Origin: Candidatus Anaerofilum excrementigallinarum
GTDB lineage: Bacteria; Bacillota; Clostridia; Oscillospirales; Ruminococcaceae
Length of the DNA: 64,000 bases
Assembly (NCBI GenBank): GCA_019115305.1
Contig: DXDW01000130.1
Span: forward strand, 49-64,048
Direction of reading: 5' to 3'
Shown here: piece by piece, positions 30,273 through 40,385 of the stretch
How positions within the stretch are numbered: the stretch's first letter is position 1
Layout of the letters: the number at the start of each line of letters is the position of its first letter
Position numbers and translations under genes: made by a program
The notes under the pieces: generated by a model
The model's input: only the letters and a program-made list of their open reading frames with translations
Databases searched by the model: none
Told to the model about the DNA's origin: nothing

Positions 30273-31195
30273 AACTTGCATTTTTGTACGCCGGCCAGGG
30301 CAGCCAGCACGCCGGCATGGGCAAAGACCTTTACCAGCTGCCCGAATTTGCCGCCGTGCTGGACAGCGTCCAGCTGGATTTCGACCTCAAGACCCTCTGC
30401 TTTGAGGGTCCCGAGGAGACCCTCGCCCAGACCCGCTACACCCAGCCCTGCATGGTGGCCTTCGCCTGCGGCGTCACCGCCCTGCTGGCCGCCGAGGGCA
30501 TCCGTCCCGACGCTGCCGCCGGTCTGAGCCTGGGCGAGTATTCCGCCCTGGCCTGCGCCGAGGTGTTCACCCCCAGCCAGGCCATTTCCCTGGCCGCCTT
30601 CCGGGGGGACGCCATGGCCAAGGCCGTCCAGGGCCGTCCCTGCGGCATGACCGCCGTGCTGGGTCTGGACCGGGAAAAGCTGGCCGCCTGCTGCGCCGAA
30701 GCGGCGGACAAGGGGGTCTGTGAGATCGCCAACTACAACTGCCCCGGCCAGCTGGTCATCGCCGGTGACGAGGCCGCCGTGACTGCCGCCGGGGAACTGG
30801 CCAAGGCCGCCGGCGCCCGCCGCTGCGTGCCCCTGAAGGTCAGCGGCCCCTTCCACACCAGCCTCATGGCCCCCGCGGGCCAGGCTCTGGAGGAGCGGTT
30901 CGCCGGTGAGACCTTCGGCGCCGAGCAGCTGCCGGTGGTATTCAACTGCCTGGGCCGCACCCGCACCGCCGAAGAGGAGATCCCCGCTTTGCTGGTGCGC
31001 CAGGTGCAGTCCAGCGTCTATTTCGAGGATTCCATCCGCTGGCTGGAGGAAAACGGCTTCGATACAGTGGTGGAGATCGGTCCGGGCAAGGCCCTGTCCG
31101 CCTTTGTGAAAAAGACCGCCAAGAGCATCCGGGTGCTCAACGTGGAGGATATCCCCAGCCTGCAGGCCACTCTGGCCGCCCTGAAAGGAGAATGA
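30269..31195 (+). CDS. fabD: Malonyl-CoA:ACP transacylase
   Basis: AGQGSQ, TQPC, GLSLGEY, NYNCPGQ, VSGPFHT; start ATG 30269. Confidence 0.95.
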   Translation: MKLAFLYAGQGSQHAGMGKDLYQLPEFAAVLDSVQLDFDLKTLCFEGPEETLAQTRYTQPCMVAFACGVTALLAAEGIRPDAAAGLSLGEYSALACAEVFTPSQAISLAAFRGDAMAKAVQGRPCGMTAVLGLDREKLAACCAEAADKGVCEIANYNCPGQLVIAGDEAAVTAAGELAKAAGARRCVPLKVSGPFHTSLMAPAGQALEERFAGETFGAEQLPVVFNCLGRTRTAEEEIPALLVRQVQSSVYFEDSIRWLEENGFDTVVEIGPGKALSAFVKKTAKSIRVLNVEDIPSLQATLAALKGE

Positions 31196-31198
31196 ACC

Positions 31199-31945
31199 AT
31201 GTCTGAATCCATTCGCCGCGCCGCCATCGTCACCGGCGGCAGCCGGGGCATCGGCCGGGCCGTCTGTCTGGCCCTGGCCGCCCAGGGACTGGACATTGTG
31301 GTGAACTACGCCGGCAGCGCCGCTGCCGCCGCCGAGACCGCCGCCCTCTGCGAAGAAAAGGGCGTGAAGGCCATCACGGTGCAGGCCGACGTCTCCACCG
31401 CCCAGGGCGCCGACGCTCTGTTCGAGGCCGCCATGGCCGCCTTTGGCCGGGTGGACGTGCTGGTGAACAACGCCGGCATCACCCGGGACGGCCTGATCCT
31501 GCGCATGACCGAGGAGGACTTTGACCAGGTGATCGCCACCAACCTCAAAGGCGCTTTCCTATGCGCCAAAAAGGCCGCCCGCATCATGATGAAGCAGCGC
31601 TACGGCCGCATCATCTCCATCTCCAGCGTGGTAGGCGTCCACGGCAATGCGGGCCAGGCCAACTACGCCGCCAGCAAGGCCGGACTCATCGGCATGACCA
31701 AATCCCTGGCCAAGGAGCTGGGCAGCCGCCACATCACCGCCAACGCCGTAGCCCCCGGCTTCATCGACACCGACATGACCCGGGTGCTGCCCGAGGCCGC
31801 CAAGACCGCCCTGCTGGGCCAGATCCCCCTGGGTGCTCTGGGCCGGCCCGAGGACATCGGCAGCGCCGTGGCATTCCTGGCCAGCGAGCAGGCCGGCTAC
31901 ATCACCGGCCAGGTGCTGGGGGTGGACGGCGGCATGGGCATGTAA
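31199..31945 (+). CDS. fabG: 3-oxoacyl-ACP reductase
   Basis: TGGSRGIG, NNAGITRD, YAASK. Confidence 0.96.
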   Translation: MSESIRRAAIVTGGSRGIGRAVCLALAAQGLDIVVNYAGSAAAAAETAALCEEKGVKAITVQADVSTAQGADALFEAAMAAFGRVDVLVNNAGITRDGLILRMTEEDFDQVIATNLKGAFLCAKKAARIMMKQRYGRIISISSVVGVHGNAGQANYAASKAGLIGMTKSLAKELGSRHITANAVAPGFIDTDMTRVLPEAAKTALLGQIPLGALGRPEDIGSAVAFLASEQAGYITGQVLGVDGGMGM

Positions 31946-32025
31946 GCCCCCGCTTTTCCCGTGTTTTACAAAACGTAATATTCACTCAAATTTATACAAT
32001 ACAAAGATATACAGGAGGACCATCC

Positions 32026-33261
32026 ATGAAACGCAAGGTTGTCATCACCGGTATGGGCGCTGTGACGCCCATCGGCAACACCGCCGCCGACAGCTGGGCC
32101 GCCGCCCGGCAGGGGGTGTGCGGCATCGCCCCCATCACCCACTACGACACCAGCGCCCAGAAGGCCAAGCTGGCCGGCGAAGTGAAGGATCTGGACCCTT
32201 CCCTCTGGGTGGATAAGCGGGAAATGCGCAAGATGGACCGGGTCACCCAGCTGGCCATGGTGGCCGCGGCCCAGGCCATGGAAGACAGCGGTCTGAACAT
32301 GGAAGCCGAGGACGCCGCCCGCTGCGGTGTGATCGTCTCCAGCGGCATCGGCGGTCTGTCCACCATCGAGTCGGAGCACAGCCGGGGCCTGGAAAAGGGC
32401 TTTGACCGTGTATCGCCCCATTTCATCCCCATGGTCATCACCAATATGTCCGCGGGCCACATTGCCATCCGCTACGGCTTCAAGGGCATGTGCAGCTGCC
32501 CCGTCACCGCCTGCGCCAGCGGCTCCAACGCCATCGGCGACGCTTTCCGGCAGATCCGGGACGGCTACGCCGACGTGATGCTCTGCGGCGGCACCGAGGC
32601 CTCCATCACCCCTCTGGGCATCGGCGGCTTCACCAGCCTGAAAGCCCTGCACACCGGCACCGATCCCCTGCGGGCTTCCATTCCCTTTGACGCCGAGCGC
32701 AGCGGCTTTGTCATGGGCGAGGGCGCCGGCATCCTGATCCTGGAGGAGTACGAGCACGCCAAGGCCCGTGGCGCCAAGATCTACGCCGAGCTTGCAGGCT
32801 ACGCCGCCAACTGCGACGCCCACCACATCACCGCCCCGGCTCCCGGCGGCGAGGGCGCGGCCCGGTGCATGACTTTGGCCATGGCCGACGCCGGTGTGGC
32901 CCCCGAGGAAGTGGGCTACATCAACGCCCACGGCACCTCCACCCCCATGAACGATTCCTGCGAGACCGCTGCCATCAAGGCCGCTTTCAGCGAGCAGGCC
33001 GGCAAGCTGGCTGTGAGCAGCACCAAGTCCATGACCGGCCACCTGCTGGGCGCTTCCGGCGCGGTGGAAGCCATCTTCACCGCCCTGGCGGTGCGGGACG
33101 ACTTTGTGCCCGCCACCATCGGCTACAAGGTGGCCGACCCCGCCTGCGATCTGGACATCGTGCCCAACAACGGCCGGGAGATGCACCTCACCGCCGCCCT
33201 CTCCAACAGCCTGGGCTTTGGCGGCCACAACGCCTGCCTGGTGTTCAAGAAAGGAGAATAA
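32026..33261 (+). CDS. fabF: 3-oxoacyl-ACP synthase II
   Basis: KVVITGMG, TACASG, NAHGTST, KSMTGHLLGA, SLGFGGHN; GGAGG RBS before ATG 32026. Confidence 0.96.
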   Translation: MKRKVVITGMGAVTPIGNTAADSWAAARQGVCGIAPITHYDTSAQKAKLAGEVKDLDPSLWVDKREMRKMDRVTQLAMVAAAQAMEDSGLNMEAEDAARCGVIVSSGIGGLSTIESEHSRGLEKGFDRVSPHFIPMVITNMSAGHIAIRYGFKGMCSCPVTACASGSNAIGDAFRQIRDGYADVMLCGGTEASITPLGIGGFTSLKALHTGTDPLRASIPFDAERSGFVMGEGAGILILEEYEHAKARGAKIYAELAGYAANCDAHHITAPAPGGEGAARCMTLAMADAGVAPEEVGYINAHGTSTPMNDSCETAAIKAAFSEQAGKLAVSSTKSMTGHLLGASGAVEAIFTALAVRDDFVPATIGYKVADPACDLDIVPNNGREMHLTAALSNSLGFGGHNACLVFKKGE

Positions 33262-33264
33262 GCC

Positions 33265-33690
33265 ATGACGTTGGATTCCAACCAGATTCAGGAAATCCTG
33301 CCCCACCGCTGGCCCTTCCAGATGGTGGATAAGATCACCGAGTGCGAGCCCGGCAAAATGGCCCGGGGCATCAAGTGCGTGTCGGTGAACGAGGCCCAGT
33401 TCTGCGGCCATTTTCCCCAGTACCATGTGATGCCCGGCGTTCTCATCATCGAGGCCCTGGCCCAGGTGGGCGCGGTGGCTCTGCTGACCATGGACGAATT
33501 CAAGGGAAAGACCGCCTTTTTCGGCGGCATCAAAAACGCCCGGTTCAAACAGCAGGTGCGGCCCGGCGACGTGCTGGAACTGGAATGCGAGCTGATCCGG
33601 CTGCGGGGCAGCGTGGGCATCGGCAAGGGCGTGGCCCGGGTGGACGGCAAGATCGCCGCCCAGGGAGAATTCACCTTTGCCATCGGCTGA
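33265..33690 (+). CDS. fabZ: 3-hydroxyacyl-ACP dehydratase
   Basis: [29 protein letters not shown]. Confidence 0.95.
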   Translation: MTLDSNQIQEILPHRWPFQMVDKITECEPGKMARGIKCVSVNEAQFCGHFPQYHVMPGVLIIEALAQVGAVALLTMDEFKGKTAFFGGIKNARFKQQVRPGDVLELECELIRLRGSVGIGKGVARVDGKIAAQGEFTFAIG

Positions 33691-33832
33691 GGCCCTGCGC
33701 CGGGCTCCCGCTGCCGGAGCCCTGGCCCGGGCCAGGGTAAAAAGGCTGAAAATGGCCATGCGCGGGTCGAGACAATATGCTATAATAGAGCAGAGATCCG
33801 CCCTCCATTTTTCCCAAAAGGAGCCATTTGCC

Positions 33833-34333
33833 ATGCTGAAGGAAAGTTTTGCCCAGATCTACACCAAATTCAAGCTGCATTTCTACCGCCAGGTGTTCAG
33901 CAGCAGCCTGCAGAATCGGGAAGCCACCCTCACCACGGTGGAGACCTTCTGCATGGAGATCATCTACGCCATGGGGCATCCCACCATCAACGAGTTTGCC
34001 AGCTTTATCGAGATATCCTCCCCCAACGCCGCCTACAAGGTGAACAGCCTGATCCAGAAGGGGTATCTCAAAAAGGTGCGCTCGGAAAACGACCGGCGGG
34101 AATATCACCTCTACCCCACCCAGAAATATCTGGACTACTACAACCTCAGCTACTCCTACCTCAACACCGTGATGGACCGCATCCCCCAGCGGTTTTCTCC
34201 CGAGGAGATCGCCCAGCTGTCCCGGATGCTGGACACCATCTGCGATGAGCTGATGCCCGAGATCCCTCTGCGCAGGCCTCACCTGCCCCAGGAGACGGCC
34301 GCCGGCAAAACCGAGGAGGACAAAGCCGAATAA
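33833..34333 (+). CDS. MarR-family transcriptional regulator
   Basis: wHTH ISSPNAAYKVNSLIQKGYL, SENDRRE wing; own TGnTATAAT promoter at about 33778-33786. Confidence 0.88.
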   Translation: MLKESFAQIYTKFKLHFYRQVFSSSLQNREATLTTVETFCMEIIYAMGHPTINEFASFIEISSPNAAYKVNSLIQKGYLKKVRSENDRREYHLYPTQKYLDYYNLSYSYLNTVMDRIPQRFSPEEIAQLSRMLDTICDELMPEIPLRRPHLPQETAAGKTEEDKAE

Positions 34334-34340
34334 ACAGCGC

Positions 34341-34388
34341 AAAAAGCCCCCGGATTCCGCAGCTGCGGAATCCGGGGGCTTTGTCTTT
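34341..34388. terminator. Bidirectional intrinsic terminator
   Basis: AAAGCCCCCGGATTCCGCAGCTGCGGAATCCGGGGGCTTT. Confidence 0.85.
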
Positions 34389-34400
34389 GCTATAAGGGAA

Positions 34401-35489
34401 TCAGTCCTTGATCTCGGCGGTCTCCACCTCGCTGAGGTGCTTGCCCTCGTCCACGTTGTAGCCCAAAGTGAATTCCACATCGGGCAGGCCCAGCTTGTCG
34501 GCGCTCACCGTCACCCCTTCGGGGCGGAAATGCTCGTTGAGGATGCGGGCGGTGTTCTCCTTCTCCACCCCGTACAGGCCCTGGCCGTTTACAGTGATGG
34601 GGCCGCCGCTGCAGCGCACAATATAAATATCCTCGGCCTGCAGTTCCTTCATGGACAGATAAATGCCCATCAGGTCCATCACCGACAGGTCGGTGTCCAG
34701 ATAGACAGCCACGTTCTTGGCCACCTGCAAAGCGTCACCCACCGGGTACTGCTCCATAAAGGTGCGGAACACTGCGGCGTAGAAGCTCTGCTGCAGCTCC
34801 AGCCGGTCGTAGTCGGCCAGTACGGTGCCGCGGTTGCGCAGGATGATCTCGGCGGTGTCGCCGTTGACCTTCGTATCCCCTGCCTTAAACAGCAGCTTGC
34901 CGGTCTCCTTGTCGTAGAGGTCCCGGGGAATATTCATCCAGATGCCGCCCATGACGTTGAGCATGGTGCGGAAGCCCTCCACGTCCATCACGGCGTAGTT
35001 GTCGGCTTTAAGACCGAACAGCTCATAGATGGCAGTGGCGGTGTTGGCGATGGGGTTTTCCTTGTTGGCGCCGTTGCTGTAAGCGCCGTTGAGCCGCTGG
35101 TAGATGCCGCAGTCCACACTGATCCCATCGCCCACATAGGTATCCCGGGGAATCTGCAGGATATTCATGGTGTGGGTCTTGTTGTCCAGCCGGACATACA
35201 GCATCACATCGGTGTTGTCGGTGCCCCGGTCCTCGTCCTCCTGGACGCCGTGGTCGGTGACAGCCACCAGAATGGTGTAGACGTCCTTTTCGTTCACCTG
35301 GCTCAGGTCCACATTGTTGTCGCCTTCCATGGACTGGTAGCTGTCGGGCAGCTGGCCGGCCTTGCCGGTATCCAGCAGGCTTTCAAACTCCAGGTAGGTC
35401 TTGACGGCATACGCCACCACCGCCGCCAGCACTACCAGCACTGCCAACAGTACCCACCGGCCGATCTTGCGCTTAGGTTTGTTTTCCAT
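34401..35489 (-). CDS. LytR-CpsA-Psr (LCP) family cell-wall glycopolymer ligase
   Basis: N-terminal TM, NTDVML, QIPRDTYV, RLNGAY, LRNR..DYDR..QQ. Confidence 0.9.
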   Translation of the reverse strand: MENKPKRKIGRWVLLAVLVVLAAVVAYAVKTYLEFESLLDTGKAGQLPDSYQSMEGDNNVDLSQVNEKDVYTILVAVTDHGVQEDEDRGTDNTDVMLYVRLDNKTHTMNILQIPRDTYVGDGISVDCGIYQRLNGAYSNGANKENPIANTATAIYELFGLKADNYAVMDVEGFRTMLNVMGGIWMNIPRDLYDKETGKLLFKAGDTKVNGDTAEIILRNRGTVLADYDRLELQQSFYAAVFRTFMEQYPVGDALQVAKNVAVYLDTDLSVMDLMGIYLSMKELQAEDIYIVRCSGGPITVNGQGLYGVEKENTARILNEHFRPEGVTVSADKLGLPDVEFTLGYNVDEGKHLSEVETAEIKD

Positions 35490-35561
35490 TTCCAACGCTC
35501 CTTGCTGCGTGTTGCATCTCGCTTGGGGTCAATTTTCAGTCCAGCTCCCACAGGAACCGTT

Positions 35562-35578
35562 TGTAAAGGGTTTGTAAC
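35562..35578. promoter_or_regulatory. WalR/YycF-type direct repeat
   Basis: TGTAAA-gggtt-TGTAAC matches TGTWAH-N5-TGTWAH, just downstream of the LCP promoter (minus strand TTGCAA-N17-TATTAT, 35615-35587). Confidence 0.6.
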
Positions 35579-35642
35579 CACCTGTTATAATACCAAAAAT
35601 CGCCATTTTTTGCAAACCGACCGGCGCGTTTTTACAGGTTGT

Positions 35643-36368
35643 TCACTTTTTTCGGCAAAGCTGTACAAAATATGCAAACAAATTTTTCTGTTCCGCATAG
35701 AAACGGGCCAGATTTTCGGGATGCCACTGGACGCCGAAGACACGGCCGTCCTGGCTCTCGATGGCCTCGATGAGCCCGTCGGGGCCAAAGGCGGCAGCGG
35801 CAAGGCCCCGGCCCGGTTCCTTTACGGCCTGGTGATGAAAGCTGTTCACCGCCGCCTGCTCCCCCAGCAGCCGACGCAGCAGGCTGTCGGGCCGGGTGGT
35901 GACGGTATGGATGCGCTGGGCGCGGCCGGCGGCATTGTTCTGGGCATGGCAGCAGGCGGCGGGGCACTGGGCGGGGATATCCTGCCACAGGCTGCCGCCG
36001 TGGGCCACCGCCAAGGTCTGCACACCCCGGCAGATGCCGAAAATCGGCAGATCCCGCTGCCGGGCCAGCTTGACCAGCAGCAACTCGGCGTCGTCCAGCC
36101 CCCGGCAGATGGCGTTCACCTTGGGGTGGGGCATCTCGCCGTAGAGGGCGGGGTCTACATCGCCGCCGCCGGGCAGCAGCAGGCCGTCGGCCAGATCCAG
36201 CCAGCGCTCTGCCTGCGGAGGGCCGAAATCCGCCGTGACCGGCAGCATCGCCGGCAGGCCGCCGCAGTCGGCCACCGACTGGATATAGTCGGCGCCTATG
36301 CGGTAACCCGGGCGGGGATTGTCGGTTTCGGAAAAGGTGGGAATGAGGATCACCGGGCAGTCTTTCAC
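35643..36368 (-). CDS. PuuD-like gamma-glutamyl-GABA hydrolase family (class I glutamine amidotransferase, C26)
   Basis: GLLLPGGGDVDP, FGICRG, VNSFHHQ, GVQWHPE. Confidence 0.9.
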   Translation of the reverse strand: MKDCPVILIPTFSETDNPRPGYRIGADYIQSVADCGGLPAMLPVTADFGPPQAERWLDLADGLLLPGGGDVDPALYGEMPHPKVNAICRGLDDAELLLVKLARQRDLPIFGICRGVQTLAVAHGGSLWQDIPAQCPAACCHAQNNAAGRAQRIHTVTTRPDSLLRRLLGEQAAVNSFHHQAVKEPGRGLAAAAFGPDGLIEAIESQDGRVFGVQWHPENLARFYAEQKNLFAYFVQLCRKK

Positions 36369-36372
36369 AGCG

Positions 36373-37659
36373 TCACACCTCCCGGTCCAGCTGGGCGTCG
36401 GAGCAATGGACGCAATCGGCCAGGGGCAGACCGGCGGCCAGACGGCGGGCCATGTCCAGGGCCTTCTGGCTGGCGGCCCAGCGCACGGTATCCCGGCTGC
36501 GGCCGGGCAACAGCATCTTATATACCCAGACGCCTTCCTTGCTGGCGGCGCCGATATAGACCAGCCCCACCGGCTTTTCCTCGCTGCCGCCGCCGGGACC
36601 GGCGATGCCGGTAATGCCCACCCCCACGTCGGCCCGGGCCAGGGCCCGGACGCCCAGGGCCATCTGGCCGGCCACCTGGAGGCTCACCGCTCCGAACCGG
36701 TCCAAAGTGGGCTGGCGCACTGCCAGCAGCCGGGCTTTCACCTGGTTGGCATAGCTGCATACGCCGCACTGGAACATGTCGCTGCTGCCGGGCACCGAGG
36801 TGATGCGCTGGCTCACCAGGCCGCCGGTGCAGCTTTCGGCGGTGGCCAGCTGCATCCCCTTGCGGGAATAGAGCTGCACCACGGTTTTCTCCATGCCTTC
36901 CTCGCCCTCGTCGTAGACGGCGTCCCCCAGCAGCCGGTAAAATTCATCGGCCAGCTGGCCGCAGAGGGTCTTGGCCTGCTCCAGGGTATCCCCCTTGGCG
37001 GTGACCCGGACAGTGACCTCGGCGGTTTTGGCATAGAGGGCGGCGGTGGGGTTGGACCCCTCCAGCAGATGGCCCACCAGCTCCTCCAGCCGGCTTTCCC
37101 CGATGCCGTAGACCCGCAGGATGCGGGAATAGAGCACCCCGTCCTGCAGGGTTTCCAGCAAAGGGCGGACCTGCTTTTCAAACATGGGCACCAGCTCCTT
37201 GGGAGGGCCGGGCAGCAGAATGGCCATGCGGCTGTCCTGCTCAAACACCACCCCCGGGGCGGTGCCGTTGTCGTTTTGCAAGGTGCGGCCGTGGACCGGC
37301 ACCATGGCCTGCTTGCGGTTGTTGGCGGGCACCGAACGGCCGGAAGCGGTGAAGTAATCGGCGATGCGCTTATATTGTTCCTCGTCAAACCGCAAAGTAT
37401 CCCCGTAGGCGGCGGCGATGGTCTCTTTGGTGAGGTCGTCGGCGGTGGGTCCCAGGCCGCCGCTGTAAATCACCAGCTGACTGCGCTGGCGGGCCTGCTG
37501 GGCCAGCTGGGCCAGACGCTGGGGGTTATCCCCCACCACGCTCTGGTGCCATACCGTGAAGCCCAGTCCGGCCAGCTGTCGGGCCAGATACTGGGCGTTG
37601 GTGTTGAGGATATCTCCGAGCAGCAGCTCGGTTCCCACAGCGATGATCTCGGCGTTCAT
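36373..37659 (-). CDS. cinA: Competence/damage-inducible protein A
   Basis: AEIIAVGTELLLG, GGLGPTADD, AESCTGG, TGIAGPGGG. Confidence 0.95.
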   Translation of the reverse strand: MNAEIIAVGTELLLGDILNTNAQYLARQLAGLGFTVWHQSVVGDNPQRLAQLAQQARQRSQLVIYSGGLGPTADDLTKETIAAAYGDTLRFDEEQYKRIADYFTASGRSVPANNRKQAMVPVHGRTLQNDNGTAPGVVFEQDSRMAILLPGPPKELVPMFEKQVRPLLETLQDGVLYSRILRVYGIGESRLEELVGHLLEGSNPTAALYAKTAEVTVRVTAKGDTLEQAKTLCGQLADEFYRLLGDAVYDEGEEGMEKTVVQLYSRKGMQLATAESCTGGLVSQRITSVPGSSDMFQCGVCSYANQVKARLLAVRQPTLDRFGAVSLQVAGQMALGVRALARADVGVGITGIAGPGGGSEEKPVGLVYIGAASKEGVWVYKMLLPGRSRDTVRWAASQKALDMARRLAAGLPLADCVHCSDAQLDREV

Positions 37660-37773
37660 ACCATACCATCCTTTCCCGCGCAAAACGGTGCGCACAAAGC
37701 AAAAACAAAGGGATGCAAAAGAGCGGACAGGACGCAGCCGACGGCGGCCGCCCTGTCCGCGGGTCGGTTCTTT

Positions 37774-38976
37774 TTAAATGGCGGCCAGGGGAGGAATGTC
37801 TCCTACCCGGAGATGGATCTTTTCGGCTTCCTCGGCGGCCTTGGCTTCCAGCTCGGCCAGACCGGTCATCTTCTCTTCCGCCGCCAGGATCTCCTCCAAA
37901 GTGGGACGGGTCTTGGGATGGGGCGGGGTAAAGATGGTGCAGCAGTCCTCGTAGGGCATGATGCTGGTCTCAAAGGTGCCGATGCGGCGGGCGATGTCCA
38001 CGATCTCGGTCTTGTCCATGCCCAGCAGCGGCCGCAGAATGGGCAGGCTCTGGGCCTGGTCGGTGCAGGCCAGGGCCTTGAGGGTCTGGCTGGCCACCTG
38101 GGCCAGGCTCTCGCCGGTGACGATGCCGTCACAGCCGATGCGGTCGGCCACCATCTTGGTGATGCGCAGCATGCTGCGGCGCATGAGCACCGTGAACAGC
38201 ACATCGGGGGCGTTGTCCCGGATGTACACCTGGGGCTCGGTGTAGGGCACCACATAGAGGTTGGTGTTGCCGGTGTAGTCGCAGAGCAGCTGTCCCAGGC
38301 TCTGCACCTTCAGCTTGGCCCGCTCGCTGGTGTAGGGAGGGCTGGCGAAATGGATGTGATGCAGGCTCAGGCCCCGCTTTGCCATCATCCAGGCCGCCAC
38401 CGGGCTGTCGATGCCGCCGCTGAGCATGGTGATGGCCCGGCCGCTGGTGGACACCGGCAGACCGCCGGCTCCCGGCTCCTTGGGTCCGTGGATATAGGCG
38501 CCGAAATCCCGCACCTCCACATAGACGATGATCTGGGGATTTTTCACATCCACCCGCAGATGGGGGTGCTTGCTGAGCAGGAAAGCGCCCAGCTCCCGGG
38601 CGATCTCGGGGCTCTTCATGGGGAAGGTCTTGTCGGCACGGCGTGCCTCCACCTTGAAGGTGCGGCTGGCCCGCAGAGCACTGCCCAGGTATTCCTCGGC
38701 GGCATTGCAGATGGCTTCAAAGCTCTTTTCGCTCACCGCCGCCCGGCAGACCGACGCCAGACCAAAGGTCTTGCAGACCTTGTCGTAGGCGCCGTCCATA
38801 TCGGCAAATTCGTCCAGAGGCTCCACATACATGGTGCTCTGGGCCTTGTACACCTTGAACTCGCCCAGGTGCTCCAGCCGGCGGCGGAGGGTTTTCATCA
38901 GAGTGGATTCAAAGGTGGCCCGGTTGAGCCCCTTGAGGGCCATTTCGCCCTGGAACGCCAGAATGATCTCCTTCAT
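37774..38976 (-). CDS. thiI: tRNA 4-thiouridine synthase
   Basis: GEMALKGLNR, THUMP domain, LSGGIDSPVA, GESLAQVASQT, EDCC. Confidence 0.96.
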   Translation of the reverse strand: MKEIILAFQGEMALKGLNRATFESTLMKTLRRRLEHLGEFKVYKAQSTMYVEPLDEFADMDGAYDKVCKTFGLASVCRAAVSEKSFEAICNAAEEYLGSALRASRTFKVEARRADKTFPMKSPEIARELGAFLLSKHPHLRVDVKNPQIIVYVEVRDFGAYIHGPKEPGAGGLPVSTSGRAITMLSGGIDSPVAAWMMAKRGLSLHHIHFASPPYTSERAKLKVQSLGQLLCDYTGNTNLYVVPYTEPQVYIRDNAPDVLFTVLMRRSMLRITKMVADRIGCDGIVTGESLAQVASQTLKALACTDQAQSLPILRPLLGMDKTEIVDIARRIGTFETSIMPYEDCCTIFTPPHPKTRPTLEEILAAEEKMTGLAELEAKAAEEAEKIHLRVGDIPPLAAI

Positions 38977-39036
38977 CTTGTTCTCCTTTTCGGTGGGTTA
39001 TAGTTGATTTTGTACAATTTCCGATTCGCTGTTTGG

Positions 39037-40170
39037 TCATCTTGCCCGGGCCAGAGTGGCCAGGCCGTCCCGCAGCCCTTCCAGCAGGGCGTCTACATCC
39101 TCGGGTGTGTTGTCGGCACAGAAGCTGATGCGCAAAGCGCTGTCCACCCGGCCGGCGGGCAGCCCCATGGCCGCCAGGGTATGGCTGGCTGCGCCCTTGC
39201 TGCAGGCCGAGCCGCTGGATACATAGATCTCCCGCTGTTCCAGAAAATGCAGCATGGTCTCGCTGCGCACCCCCGGCAGGCTGAGGTTCAGCACCTCGGG
39301 CAGGGCGTCGGCGGGGCTGTTGATCACGATTCCCTCCAGATCGGCCAGACCCTCCCGCAGCTGCCGGTTGAGGGCCGCGATCTTTTTGGCCCGGGCGGGC
39401 AAGGTGCGCCGCAGGGTATCGGCCGCCAGGGCCAGACCCGCGATATAGGGCAGATTCTCGGTGCCGGGGCGGATGCCCTTTTCCTGGCCGCCGCCCAGGA
39501 AGGGAGGCTGGATCAGGGCGTTTTTCCGCAGATACAGTGCGCCGATGCCCTTGGGGGCGTGGATCTTATGGCCGGACACCGAGTAACTGTCGATGCCGCT
39601 GGTGTCCAGCTTCACCGGCCGGCGCAGCCAGGCCTGCACACCGTCCACATGGACGGCGGTGCGGCTGTTTTTGGCCTTGACCAGCTTTGCCAGCCGCACA
39701 GTGTCCAGCACCGCGCCGGTCTCGTTGTTCACCTCCATGGCCGCTACCAGAGCGGTTTTGGCGGTGACGGCTTCGGCCAGGGCCTCCACCGACACATGGC
39801 CTTCGGCGTCGGGCATCACCCAGCTCACCCGCCAGCCGTTTTTCTCCAGCCCTTCCACCACATGGTGCACTGAGGGATGCTCGTAGCCGGTGCAGACGAT
39901 GTGATCGGCCCAGGCCCGGCGGGCAGCCGTCTGGCCCAGAATGGCGATGTTGTTGCTCTCACTGCCGCAGGCGGTGAAATATACCTCCCCTGCTCCGCAG
40001 CCCAGAGCCGCGGCCACGGTGGCCCGGGCCCGGCGCAGCAGCAGCTCGCTGTCCAGCCCGGGGCCGTAGAGTGAGGAGGGGTTGGCGAAGTGCTCGGCCA
40101 TCACCCGGGCGATCTCGGCGGTCACCGCCGGCGCCACCCGGGTGGTGGCGGCATTGTCCAGATAATGCAT
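39037..40170 (-). CDS. Cysteine desulfurase (IscS/NifS family)
   Basis: YLDNAATT, SGHKIHAPKG, SSGSACS; adjacent to thiI. Confidence 0.93.
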   Translation of the reverse strand: MHYLDNAATTRVAPAVTAEIARVMAEHFANPSSLYGPGLDSELLLRRARATVAAALGCGAGEVYFTACGSESNNIAILGQTAARRAWADHIVCTGYEHPSVHHVVEGLEKNGWRVSWVMPDAEGHVSVEALAEAVTAKTALVAAMEVNNETGAVLDTVRLAKLVKAKNSRTAVHVDGVQAWLRRPVKLDTSGIDSYSVSGHKIHAPKGIGALYLRKNALIQPPFLGGGQEKGIRPGTENLPYIAGLALAADTLRRTLPARAKKIAALNRQLREGLADLEGIVINSPADALPEVLNLSLPGVRSETMLHFLEQREIYVSSGSACSKGAASHTLAAMGLPAGRVDSALRISFCADNTPEDVDALLEGLRDGLATLARAR

Positions 40171-40385
40171 GGTATCTTCTCCCTGTTCCGGCCCGTGGAT
40201 TCCGCCGGACCGGCTTTATTGCAAATTGTATAGTATGTGCGCTTTATTCCTGTTTGTATTTTATGTGCAAAAAGCGACATTTCAACTTATTATTATACCC
40301 CATCCAGAGCGGCGGGCCAAGGGGCGGGCAGCAAAAAAGCCCGGCCGCCCCTGAAAAAAGGCGTCCGGGCCAGGCATGGCGCGGC

